DNA from: a candidate division WOR-3 bacterium
GTDB taxonomy: Bacteria > Hydrothermota > Hydrothermia > LBFQ01
Direction of reading: 5' to 3'
NCBI GenBank assembly: GCA_039802605.1
Contig: JBDRWW010000012.1
Location: 1 to 42,019 of the forward strand
Length of the DNA: 42,019 nucleotides
Shown here: positions 19,903 through 28,565 of the stretch, one piece after another
Numbering within the stretch: the first letter of the stretch is position 1
Layout of the letters: every line of letters begins with the position of its first letter
Position numbers and translations under genes: made by a program
Notes under the pieces: generated by a model
Seen by the model: only the letters and a program-made list of their open reading frames with translations
Told to the model about the DNA's origin: nothing
The model's database searches: none

Positions 19903-20886
19903 ATGCTTTTCTTGATCTCCTATAAACTTTTGGATGCCTTTTCGGGGCTTAAATTTAACAATCCGGTTTTTATGATAAACGACCCGGTGGATAGTAGTGC
20001 TTTTTATGTTGTTGAACAAATTGGCGTGATATTAAAGGTTAAGGGAAATAAGGTTGATACCTTTTTGAATATAAGGCATAGGGTTAAATACGGCGGTGAA
20101 ATGGGTTTATTGGGAATGGAATTACATCCGGAATTTCCCAAAAACGGGAAGTATTACATATCCTATACGGATAACGCCATGTATTCAATTGTGGAGGAGA
20201 GGAAAATCAATCAAAGGGATTATTCAAGGGTTTTATTAAGGGTCAGGCAACCTTTTACAAACCATAACGGGGGGCATATAGGGTTTGGACCTGACGGTTA
20301 TCTTTATCTTGGCCTTGGTGATGGAGGGGCGGCCGGAGATCCGCTAAACAACGCGCAAAATCCAAAAAGCCTTTTGGGAAAAATCATTAGGATAGATGTT
20401 AAAACCGGTAATGTTGAAATATACGCTATGGGTTTAAGGAATCCTTGGAGGTTTTCCTTTGATGGCAATACATTGTGGGTTGGAGATGTGGGGCAGAACG
20501 GATGGGAGGAAATAGATACGATTATAAAGGGTGGAAATTACGGATGGAGGTGTTATGAGGGAAATCACCCCTACAATTTAAAGGGTTGTAAAGAAAGGGA
20601 AAACTATATTTTCCCCGTTTGGGAGTACAAACGGAGCAATGGGAATTGTGCCGTTATAGGCGGATACGTTTATAGGGGTAAGAGGTTAAAGGATTTGTAT
20701 GGGGTTTATGTGTTTGGGGATTACTGTTCCGGGAGGATATGGGGTTTGAAAAGGGAATATAAGGGTTTTAAGGCTCAACTATTGGTTGATACGGAAGAAA
20801 ACATATCATCCTTTGCGGTTGATAATTACGGGGAAATATATGTCATAGGGCATACAAGCGGAAAAATTTATAAGTTGGTTGAGTGA
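19903..20886 (+). CDS. PQQ-dependent glucose/sorbosone dehydrogenase-family protein
   Basis: GEMGLLG, NHNGG.IGFGPDGYLY...GDGG, GLRNPWR, DVGQN.WEE and GGNYGW. Confidence 0.92.
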   Translation: MLFLISYKLLDAFSGLKFNNPVFMINDPVDSSAFYVVEQIGVILKVKGNKVDTFLNIRHRVKYGGEMGLLGMELHPEFPKNGKYYISYTDNAMYSIVEERKINQRDYSRVLLRVRQPFTNHNGGHIGFGPDGYLYLGLGDGGAAGDPLNNAQNPKSLLGKIIRIDVKTGNVEIYAMGLRNPWRFSFDGNTLWVGDVGQNGWEEIDTIIKGGNYGWRCYEGNHPYNLKGCKERENYIFPVWEYKRSNGNCAVIGGYVYRGKRLKDLYGVYVFGDYCSGRIWGLKREYKGFKAQLLVDTEENISSFAVDNYGEIYVIGHTSGKIYKLVE

Positions 20887-20898
20887 ATGGAAATGCCT

Positions 20899-22515
20899 TC
20901 ACCTAACCATAACCTTATTCACCTTACCTTTATAAACCACAAAATAAACCCCCTTTTTGTCCATCTTTACAACCCTCCTTCCCAAAACATCGTATATTCT
21001 TACATTCCCCCTTTCTTCTGCGGCCAATGCTTCCCTTACACCAACGACATCCGTTAATATGACATTCCCAAACCTAATTATATCCGAAATGCTTCCCGAG
21101 TTTTGCGGCCACCAACAAACATATTCGCCAAGGTTATCCGAAAATACCCCCACAAACAGCCCTATCGTGTCGTTTATAGAAGTTTTTATTTTTGCCGGGT
21201 CTTTTAGGGTATCAAAGGGTATTGCAACCTCAAATTGAAAGGAATAGTAATAAGAACTTTGAAGCGAAAGGGAAAAATATGCATTCATATCCGGCCTTGA
21301 AGTTAAAACTTGCGTATCGGATGGGGTAATGTAATAGGACATCCAACCCGTGGGAATTGGAAATATTATATTCACCCCTTCGGAGGAATCCGTCGCCCAT
21401 GTTTTGTTGTTGTTATCGTCAATTGATATAACTACCCTATCAAGGGATGTTATGTCGTTATCGTTTGCGTTTAGTATCCCAATATAAAGGTTATTACCGT
21501 CATGCTTGAAGAGAACCTTACAAGAGCCTATAACCTGTTCCATTCCCCCACCCAACCCGATGTAATCCGAACCCTCAACCTCAACCGCCCCAGCCCAACC
21601 CAAATCGCTCAAAGAGGAATTCCTTATAAACCCATCCAATGTAGGACCTATGGTGTCGTATGGAACATAAATCCAGATGTTTGGGGGCATATAAACCTTT
21701 ACTGCATCTATAAGGGTATCGTTATTGCGGTATTGATCAAGGGTATCGGAGATTATCAGGGCAACATAAAAGCTTCCTATGGTTGATGGCGTCCAGTTTT
21801 TAATGAGAAATGTATCCGCATTTGGGTTTAAGAATATTTTGGTGGAATCCAAGGAAGGGTGGATTCCGTAATAAACCTTTACGGTATCCCCGTTAATGCC
21901 GAGATTTGAAAGGTGAAACCTCAAAGTGTATGAAGAATCCCTTAGGGCGTAATCCGGCGATATTATGCTATCCGCCGAAAAGTCGTAGTTGAAATCCGTA
22001 TAATACACAACCTTAAAGTTATCAACACCAAAGTGGTAATCCCAAAACCTCGTGCCATACCAGAATGATACCCTTAAACTATCGGCACCCGTTGTTAAGG
22101 AAGTTATATCAATGAAACCGGAATATATGCTATCCCTTGAAAGGGTTAAAACTTCCGCCCAAGGTGACCAAAAACCGTTAAAAACGCTTACCAAAACCTT
22201 ACCGGTATCCGGATCACCGGGGAATTTTTTAAAAACCGCATCCAAATACAACTTTAAGGAATCGTATGCGTATCCTATGAAAATTGGGGGTGAAATCAGG
22301 GAGTCGTCAAAAATCGCATCGTATCCTATATCGGAATCGCATATGGCGTACTTTCCCGAAAAGTTGGGGTTTTCAAAGGGTTTAAAACCTTTATTCACAC
22401 CATTCCAGGTCGCGGTATCCCCACCGTTATAAATTCTCCAACCGTATGGGGGAAAAGGTCCGTTAAAATTCTGCGAAAAGATTACAACGGGCGTTGTTGC
22501 TAATAAAACTACCAC
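20899..22515 (-). CDS. Secreted multidomain protein (adhesin/MAM-like, CARDB-like and DOMON/CBM9-like regions) with a short T9SS-like tail
   Basis: FSQNF...FPP.GW...DDSLISP, NNDTL, PTLDG...W and FEVAIPF; tail IYDVLGRRV...KKGVYFV...KVMVR. Confidence 0.65.
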   Translation of the reverse strand: MVVLLATTPVVIFSQNFNGPFPPYGWRIYNGGDTATWNGVNKGFKPFENPNFSGKYAICDSDIGYDAIFDDSLISPPIFIGYAYDSLKLYLDAVFKKFPGDPDTGKVLVSVFNGFWSPWAEVLTLSRDSIYSGFIDITSLTTGADSLRVSFWYGTRFWDYHFGVDNFKVVYYTDFNYDFSADSIISPDYALRDSSYTLRFHLSNLGINGDTVKVYYGIHPSLDSTKIFLNPNADTFLIKNWTPSTIGSFYVALIISDTLDQYRNNDTLIDAVKVYMPPNIWIYVPYDTIGPTLDGFIRNSSLSDLGWAGAVEVEGSDYIGLGGGMEQVIGSCKVLFKHDGNNLYIGILNANDNDITSLDRVVISIDDNNNKTWATDSSEGVNIIFPIPTGWMSYYITPSDTQVLTSRPDMNAYFSLSLQSSYYYSFQFEVAIPFDTLKDPAKIKTSINDTIGLFVGVFSDNLGEYVCWWPQNSGSISDIIRFGNVILTDVVGVREALAAEERGNVRIYDVLGRRVVKMDKKGVYFVVYKGKVNKVMVR

Positions 22516-23882
22516 CTATAAATCAAACCGATATTCACTATGTGGGCGTTAAATGTATATTTTCCGGGCATATAAGGCGATTTGTAGGAATAATTATCCT
22601 TTGCCTTTATTTCCCTATCCGGAGCCATTGTGTATGTGTATGCCAAGTTGAGAGTCCAGTAATCCCCAAGGGCCAGACCGAACCCCCCGGAGAAACCCAA
22701 CCTTTTGCCCAAGTCGGGTATTAAGGGGTTAAATGTGGAATCGGGTATTGGGGATTGGTCATAGGCGAATCCCAACCTAAAAGTGAATCTATCGCCCAAG
22801 GATACCTCGGTACCAATCCCAAATTCATAGGTATTTTTCCAATGGAATTCCAAGGTATCGGAGCTAATCTGGTTGTACAAAAGGATCATGTCATCAAAGT
22901 TTAAGACAACTTTGTCCAATACTTTCCAGAAAACGTAGTTAAAACCAAAGTTTAGGGCAAAGGCCCTTGTGGGTCTAAATGAAAAACCTATTCCCATATC
23001 CGGAGGGAGAGGTAATGAGGTTTTACCAATGCCCTCCCCTTTAAATACATATCCGCTTACGAGCATAGCCGCATCCGGGGCGTTTTCCGCTATGTAATCG
23101 TTCCTCGGGGAGAAGAGTTGAAGGGTTGCCTTCCCATCAATTTGCATGGGTGTATAAAACCTTCCGGTTATGGCAAATCTAAACATTTCACCGATTAAAG
23201 CGGTTATTCCGGCGCTGCCGCCAAAGGCATACCCCGTTCCCCAAATCCTCGTATCAATCGGCCAAAGCCTGTATTCTATTGGCAAATCCGCCGCAGCCGG
23301 ATCTATCTCCGCCGGGTCCTGTAAGGTTACTTTCCTCATATATATCTTCCCTATTACAGGACCCCCCGCCAGACCCCACCTAAACATTCCGAATTCCCTT
23401 CCTAAACCGAACCAAAAGGCAAACGTCTTAACATCGGATTCCCAATCCCTTTCGGGATATTTCGGCTTTTGCCATGTTGTGTCGTATGAGTTGTAATAGT
23501 TTATCGGAGGGTCGTAAAGGTCCCAAGATGTTCCCATTCCAAAAGGAACGAATACACCAAATGCCCAAGTAAATGCATCGCTATACCTCGTGAAACCTAT
23601 GGAAGGTATGGTAGTCAAACCCCTTTGATTGTATGCCTTGTTATCCTTTAACCTCGGATATACGCCGTCATATCCCATAATGTTCGTGGTCATCTGATAT
23701 GTGGATAACCCGTAAAAGTTAAACAGGTCTATTGAGAAGGAATTGCGCTGATCCGAAAGTAGCGAAGGGTTCCAAAACACGGCCGACCAGTCATTCACAA
23801 GGGTGTAATTAACACCCCCTATGCCAAAAGAGGCCGTTCCGAACGCCAAACGAAAGCCGGAAGCAATTATCAGGTTTATCAT
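22509..23882 (-). CDS. FadL/OmpP1-family outer-membrane transporter
   Basis: SGF start, AVFWNPS, VPFGMG..W, LPLP and RLGFAYDQSP...P.IPD; C-terminal YRW; GGAGG Shine-Dalgarno 8 nt upstream. Confidence 0.88.
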   Translation of the reverse strand: MINLIIASGFRLAFGTASFGIGGVNYTLVNDWSAVFWNPSLLSDQRNSFSIDLFNFYGLSTYQMTTNIMGYDGVYPRLKDNKAYNQRGLTTIPSIGFTRYSDAFTWAFGVFVPFGMGTSWDLYDPPINYYNSYDTTWQKPKYPERDWESDVKTFAFWFGLGREFGMFRWGLAGGPVIGKIYMRKVTLQDPAEIDPAAADLPIEYRLWPIDTRIWGTGYAFGGSAGITALIGEMFRFAITGRFYTPMQIDGKATLQLFSPRNDYIAENAPDAAMLVSGYVFKGEGIGKTSLPLPPDMGIGFSFRPTRAFALNFGFNYVFWKVLDKVVLNFDDMILLYNQISSDTLEFHWKNTYEFGIGTEVSLGDRFTFRLGFAYDQSPIPDSTFNPLIPDLGKRLGFSGGFGLALGDYWTLNLAYTYTMAPDREIKAKDNYSYKSPYMPGKYTFNAHIVNIGLIYRW

Positions 23883-24682
23883 TTTCCAAACCTCCTTCCA
23901 AAAAAGTATAAAACATTACCTACAAAAATGAAGAAGAGTATAGCCCAATGTCCAAAGGTTTGTGAAAGCATACCTATGGTTGCCAATCCCCTCATATTTA
24001 CCAACCTCTCGTAATCCGCCGCCCCCCTCAATCCACCTATGAGTCCTTTTATCTGACCCGCCTGCCAATATGTATAGAAACTCGGGGCTATAACCGCGGT
24101 TGAACCTATGATTATTGGTATCCCAAACCTCGCACCCGTTATCTGTACCCAATTATCACCGGAGGCCCCGGCTGCGAAATCAACTACAAGGTCAAAATCC
24201 TTAACGGTTTTAACATCCTGTAAGAAGTCTATGCTATCCAGAGGTGTCCCCTTAACATCGGAATTATAAACGGATTTAAAATCAACCCCTATGTTGGTTA
24301 AAACGGCGGCTACACCCGGCCTAAACCCCAACATAACCCAATCCTTACCGTATTCTCTACCCATTTGTTTGGATATGGTATTCATGGCATCGTTTCCCAT
24401 AAGGATTCCCTGAAAGCTCCAAAGGGTCATAACCGCTATTTTACAATCCTTTCTGAAAAGTTGTTTTGCCATGGCCATAACCATTGGGTGTGTTTCGGGC
24501 ATTGCTGAAGGGCCGTAATCAATTGAGAACAAAACCCTACAATTATTCGGCAGGTTTTCGACATACTCGTATGCCTGTCTAACCTCGGGGGATGGCTCGG
24601 GCATTTTAAAACCCATTCCGGGAATTATAAATGGAAGGGATAGGGCAACGAATAACACGACATATATAACCTGCCTATCCAT
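23879..24682 (-). CDS. Hypothetical membrane protein (TM helix at each end, soluble alpha/beta middle)
   Basis: 267-aa ORF with hydrophobic termini and its own TATAAT box; ATGA overlap with the FadL-like gene. Confidence 0.75.
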   Translation of the reverse strand: MDRQVIYVVLFVALSLPFIIPGMGFKMPEPSPEVRQAYEYVENLPNNCRVLFSIDYGPSAMPETHPMVMAMAKQLFRKDCKIAVMTLWSFQGILMGNDAMNTISKQMGREYGKDWVMLGFRPGVAAVLTNIGVDFKSVYNSDVKGTPLDSIDFLQDVKTVKDFDLVVDFAAGASGDNWVQITGARFGIPIIIGSTAVIAPSFYTYWQAGQIKGLIGGLRGAADYERLVNMRGLATIGMLSQTFGHWAILFFIFVGNVLYFFGRRFGK

Positions 24683-24732
24683 TTGGCGGGTATTATATGG
24701 TGGAAAGCGTTCAACCGTATAATACCTATATC

Positions 24733-25659
24733 ATGATGTGGATAATTGGTTTATACGCGGCGCCTATGTACGGTATGTGGAGGGGTGCTATAGCCACCCC
24801 TAAGGTAAAGGTCTCGTATACACCCTTCACCTTGGACTGGCTAGGTATAGTGACGGGTAATTACTGGGATTACACCATAACCGGAGAACTATGGGGAAGC
24901 GGCACGGAGAGGGATAGCGTATTCCTCGTGGGAACTACCCCCGATACTCTCGGTACATGCGTATTCGTCGGCGGCCTTCCGGGGGCAAACTATCAAGTGG
25001 ATAGAACCACGGATTCCACAAGCGGTACCGGCGTTGATACCGGATTCATATATTTCCGTCAGGGATACGACAACCTTTACGGCGATGGCGGAGCGATGGT
25101 TATGAAGTATATGCCCTCCCTCGGTAACAGTTGGGAGGCCTGGGATACATGCCTCATATCCCTTAATACCAAGCTTCCCATAGGGGATATTGATGGCGAT
25201 ATGGTTGTGGATAGCTTATGGGTGCGCTCATCGAATACCCGGGTTTCTGGGGTGTCTGCGGATACATTTACGACGGTTATATCACCGCTTAAATATGTGG
25301 TATGGATATCTTCTCTATATACCGGTTATGGTGTTGATTCTATTGTTATATGGGATTACTACCGTTATAAGTTTGTTGCAAACTTTGGTAAGATTGAGGA
25401 ACACCTTGACAGTGAGAGGATTAGGTATTACATAGGGGCTTTCCTTGTTCTTGATACCACTTTCCGCAACCTATACCACAAGTTTATAAATACAACATCT
25501 ACCAAAGAATATACGCAACCCGTTATAACAAATTCCACATATGTATATACCGCTTCGGGTAGGTTTGCCGGAAAGGCTATACCCAACAGGAAAGGCGTTT
25601 ATTTCGTGGTAATGTCCACGGATAAAGGGAAACTCATAAGAAAGGTGGTTGTAAAGTAA
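24733..25659 (+). CDS. Secreted protein with a short T9SS-like C-terminal tail
   Basis: Start reassigned to ATG 24733, 9 nt after TATAAT (24718-24723); tail VYTASGR...RKGVYFV...RKVVVK; followed by a terminator. Confidence 0.72.
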   Translation: MMWIIGLYAAPMYGMWRGAIATPKVKVSYTPFTLDWLGIVTGNYWDYTITGELWGSGTERDSVFLVGTTPDTLGTCVFVGGLPGANYQVDRTTDSTSGTGVDTGFIYFRQGYDNLYGDGGAMVMKYMPSLGNSWEAWDTCLISLNTKLPIGDIDGDMVVDSLWVRSSNTRVSGVSADTFTTVISPLKYVVWISSLYTGYGVDSIVIWDYYRYKFVANFGKIEEHLDSERIRYYIGAFLVLDTTFRNLYHKFINTTSTKEYTQPVITNSTYVYTASGRFAGKAIPNRKGVYFVVMSTDKGKLIRKVVVK

Positions 25660-25681
25660 AACCCGAAAAAGGCTAAATAAT

Positions 25682-25707
25682 GGGGGGCCTTAGGCCCCCC
25701 TTTTTTT
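25682..25707 (+). terminator. Rho-independent terminator between convergent genes
   Basis: GGGGGGCC-TTA-GGCCCCCC hairpin followed by T7. Confidence 0.9.
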
Positions 25708-25864
25708 ATTTTACAAAATACCTTACAACCACATACCCCAAGAAAATCCCGATTATTCCCATTACCCCCGCCAATGTTGGGGGAGCGGGTATTGGGAGTT
25801 TTGCCATGCTGAATATGGCACCCGTTATGAAACCGGTTAAAAATGCTAAAACGATTTCCTTCAA
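25706..25864 (-). CDS. XapX/DUF1427-family small membrane protein (52 aa, not in the ORF track)
   Basis: Manual translation MKEIVLAFLTGFITGAIFSMAKLPIPAPPTLAGVMGIIGIFLGYVVVRYFVK with the family LPIPAPP..AG..G motif; TTGA overlap with the upstream gene; GAGGGGG Shine-Dalgarno-like sequence. Confidence 0.88.
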   Translation of the reverse strand: MKEIVLAFLTGFITGAIFSMAKLPIPAPPTLAGVMGIIGIFLGYVVVRYFVK

Positions 25865-26925
25865 GACAACCCCCTCTTTAAAGCCTCATCAATTGCCGAC
25901 CAGAATGGGTCAACCCTTGGGTGTTCAAGGGGTTTTTGTTCTCCGCTTTCCACTACCCACATACCCCTTTCCCTTGGTATAAACTCACCCACTATCTCCG
26001 CATCTATACCCTTATTTTTTAGTCTTCTTACGATTTCGTCCGCCTTATCCGGAACGGCTGCTATTACCAAGGTCCCCTCGCTGATCGAAGAATATGGTTC
26101 CATACCGAAGAGTTTGCATATCTCCAAAACGCCTTCCTGAACCGGAATTTTATCTTTATAGAGTATTACACCAACTCCGGAAGCTTCGGCCATTTCATAA
26201 ACCCCACCCAATACGCCGCATTCCGTAGCATCGTGCATGGCCTTAACCCCCTCTTCCCTATAACCCACGGATACGGCCGTTAAGGCATCATCAACGGTAC
26301 TCATCTTGTAAAACAGGGATTTACCCTTCTCCGCTATTTCATCCCCGAGGTTTTCCGCTATATAGTTGGGGAAAAGGTTTGCAAATATTCCCGTAGCCTC
26401 AACAGCCGGTCCTTTGGTTATTATCAATACATCACCTACGGAGGCCATTTTTGGGGTTAGGAATTTGTCCTCATCGCCAATTGCTATAAATGTAGCCCCT
26501 CCAACCATTGGGTATTCACAGCCCGGATACCTTGCGGTATGGCCGGTTACAACCGCCGCCCCATACCTTTTACTCTCCTCGTCCCAAACCCTCCAAACTA
26601 TTTCAAACTCTTCCTCCGTTATTTCCATCGGTAGGTTAAAATCCGCCGTTATGTATGCCGGGGGGTATCCGGAGGTGCTAACATCCGAGGCCAATATATG
26701 CCATGCAAACCAAGCGGCCTTTTCCCATCCATAAGCGGGAAGTATGTATATAGGGTCGGTTGTGAATATCATAACCTTGCCGTTTCCGATACGAACCACA
26801 CCCGTATCAACGCCATGCTGAGGAGGTACGATGACCTCCTCCCTCTTTGCACCAAGCCTTGGAAATATGTAAGTATCAAAAAACTCCGGAGAAATTTTCC
26901 CTATGCTTGGAAACCTTACCTTCAT
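25861..26925 (-). CDS. AIR synthase-related protein (PurM/HypE/ThiL superfamily)
   Basis: GVDTGV, TTDP, SDV, VTGHT, MHDATECGV.G...EMA.AS and ISEGTL. Confidence 0.85.
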   Translation of the reverse strand: MKVRFPSIGKISPEFFDTYIFPRLGAKREEVIVPPQHGVDTGVVRIGNGKVMIFTTDPIYILPAYGWEKAAWFAWHILASDVSTSGYPPAYITADFNLPMEITEEEFEIVWRVWDEESKRYGAAVVTGHTARYPGCEYPMVGGATFIAIGDEDKFLTPKMASVGDVLIITKGPAVEATGIFANLFPNYIAENLGDEIAEKGKSLFYKMSTVDDALTAVSVGYREEGVKAMHDATECGVLGGVYEMAEASGVGVILYKDKIPVQEGVLEICKLFGMEPYSSISEGTLVIAAVPDKADEIVRRLKNKGIDAEIVGEFIPRERGMWVVESGEQKPLEHPRVDPFWSAIDEALKRGLS

Positions 26926-26971
26926 AGGCGGGAATTATACCCCCGTTAAATCTCCCTTAAAATTCCCGCCT
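26926..26971. promoter_or_regulatory. Divergent promoter pair forming an inverted repeat
   Basis: AGGCGGGAATTATA-18 nt-TAAAATTCCCGCCT (13/14 match); each arm is a -10 box plus TCCCGCCT directly before a start codon. Confidence 0.7.
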
Positions 26972-27595
26972 GTGAGGAATATCTTAATCGTCGGTATTTT
27001 GTTCGTTGGGTGTTCCACAATATTTAAAAAAGGGGAAAAGGTCAATGTGGTTATACCCGAGGAATCCTTTAAGGCGGGTAAGGAGCTCTTTGAGAAGGGG
27101 AAATACAGAGATGCAATAAATAAGTTTAAAGAGGTTCTTTATGTAAAGGGTTTTGGACCTTTGGCGAACGAAAGCCAGTATTACATAGCGGAATCATATT
27201 TGAAAATGGGGGATTATGACCAGGCCATACTTGAATTCCGCACACTCGTTGAAAGTTATACGGGATTATCCGATAGTTTGAGGGCTAAGGCTTTTCTAGG
27301 GCTTGCGGAGGCGTATAATAAAAAGCACAAAAATCTATACCTTGATGTTTCGGAAATTGACAATGGCATATATTACGCCCAAAGGGTTAAGGAAATGGGT
27401 ATTTTCACTGAAAAGGCGGACAGCATACTAAAAGAGATCAACTATAAAAAGGCCACAAAACTCCTTTTGGAGGCGGATGTTTATTACAAACTAAAAATTT
27501 TGAGATCTTGGAAGTTATACCTTGAAGAGTTTTTAAAGCTGTATCCCGATGACCCCAGGGTTGATTCCGTTAGGGCCTTGCTGGGTGAAAAATGA
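26972..27595 (+). CDS. bamD: Outer-membrane protein assembly factor BamD-like TPR lipoprotein
   Basis: Start reassigned to GTG 26972 (MRNILIVGILFVG-C lipobox); TPR pattern F..GKY.DAI..F...SQYYIAESY...DY.QAI.EF; C-terminal YPD. Confidence 0.75.
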   Translation: MRNILIVGILFVGCSTIFKKGEKVNVVIPEESFKAGKELFEKGKYRDAINKFKEVLYVKGFGPLANESQYYIAESYLKMGDYDQAILEFRTLVESYTGLSDSLRAKAFLGLAEAYNKKHKNLYLDVSEIDNGIYYAQRVKEMGIFTEKADSILKEINYKKATKLLLEADVYYKLKILRSWKLYLEEFLKLYPDDPRVDSVRALLGEK

Positions 27596-28539
27596 AGGTG
27601 GGAATATTTGGCGGCAGGTTTGACCCCCCGCACTTTGGACACCTTTTATTGTGCAGGGATTTGGTGGAAGGGGGTTTTTTGGACGAGGTCAGGTTTTTGG
27701 TAAACTATCACCCACCGCATAAAAAGGCTTACGCTTCGTATTATCATAGGGTTAGGATGGTTGAAATTTTGTTAAGGGACGAGGAAAAATTAAAGGTAGA
27801 TACCTTTGAAGGGGATATGGGCATTTCCCCATCTTACACTTATGAAGTTTTAAAGCTTTACGGGGAGAAACACCCAAAGGATGAAATATTCTTCGTTTTG
27901 GGTGCGGATCAGATGGTGGATATAAAGACCTGGAAGAATTATAGGGAATTGCCATCCTTGGCCAAGTTTTTGGTTTTGGCAAGGGGAAACTTTCAAATTC
28001 CGGAAGATATTATGGAAACGTTTAAACCCGTTATTGTAAGGCATCGTTTGGTTGAAATATCCTCGTCCGAGATAAGGGAGAGGCTTTTCAGTGGTAAAAG
28101 CGTTAAAGGTTTAACATCCGAAGGGGTGATAGAATATATTCATGTTCATGGTTTATATTCAAAGCCTCAAAGTGTTGAAGTTTTTGTTGACGGTTCTTCT
28201 TTGGGAAATCCGGGTTTAATGAGGGCGGCATTTGTTGTCCTCGTTAATGGCAAAAAGGTTTATGAAGAAATTGAAGAGTTGGGAGAGGGAACGAACAACG
28301 AGGCGGAATATTATGCCCTTTTTAATGCTTTGAGTTGGCTAAAAGATAATTCAATTTTTGGGGCAAGGGTCTATATGGATTCCATGTTGGTGGTTAATCA
28401 GGTTAAAGGTTCGTTTAAACTGAGGGCGGAAAACCTAAGGGATTTAAACGCTAAGTGTAAGCAACTGCTTTTGGAAACCTCCTCCATCCTTGAATATATA
28501 CCAAGAAAATCAAATTTGGCCGATGCCATTATGAGGTAA
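27592..28539 (+). CDS. nadD: Nicotinate-nucleotide adenylyltransferase fused to an RNase HI domain
   Basis: N-terminal GGRFDPPHFGH, GAD, W, ISSSEIR and YI...GLY; C-terminal DGSSLGNPG, TNNEAEY, DS.LVV.Q and IPR..N.AD. Confidence 0.9.
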   Translation: MKVGIFGGRFDPPHFGHLLLCRDLVEGGFLDEVRFLVNYHPPHKKAYASYYHRVRMVEILLRDEEKLKVDTFEGDMGISPSYTYEVLKLYGEKHPKDEIFFVLGADQMVDIKTWKNYRELPSLAKFLVLARGNFQIPEDIMETFKPVIVRHRLVEISSSEIRERLFSGKSVKGLTSEGVIEYIHVHGLYSKPQSVEVFVDGSSLGNPGLMRAAFVVLVNGKKVYEEIEELGEGTNNEAEYYALFNALSWLKDNSIFGARVYMDSMLVVNQVKGSFKLRAENLRDLNAKCKQLLLETSSILEYIPRKSNLADAIMR

Positions 28540-28565
28540 ATTATCAAGGGTATAATATCGGGTTT

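Noticed and set aside
24697..24732. Longer start for the secreted protein (MVESVQPYNTYI...)
   Set aside because: It spans the TATAAT box, overlaps the divergent promoter, and adds no signal-like basic region.
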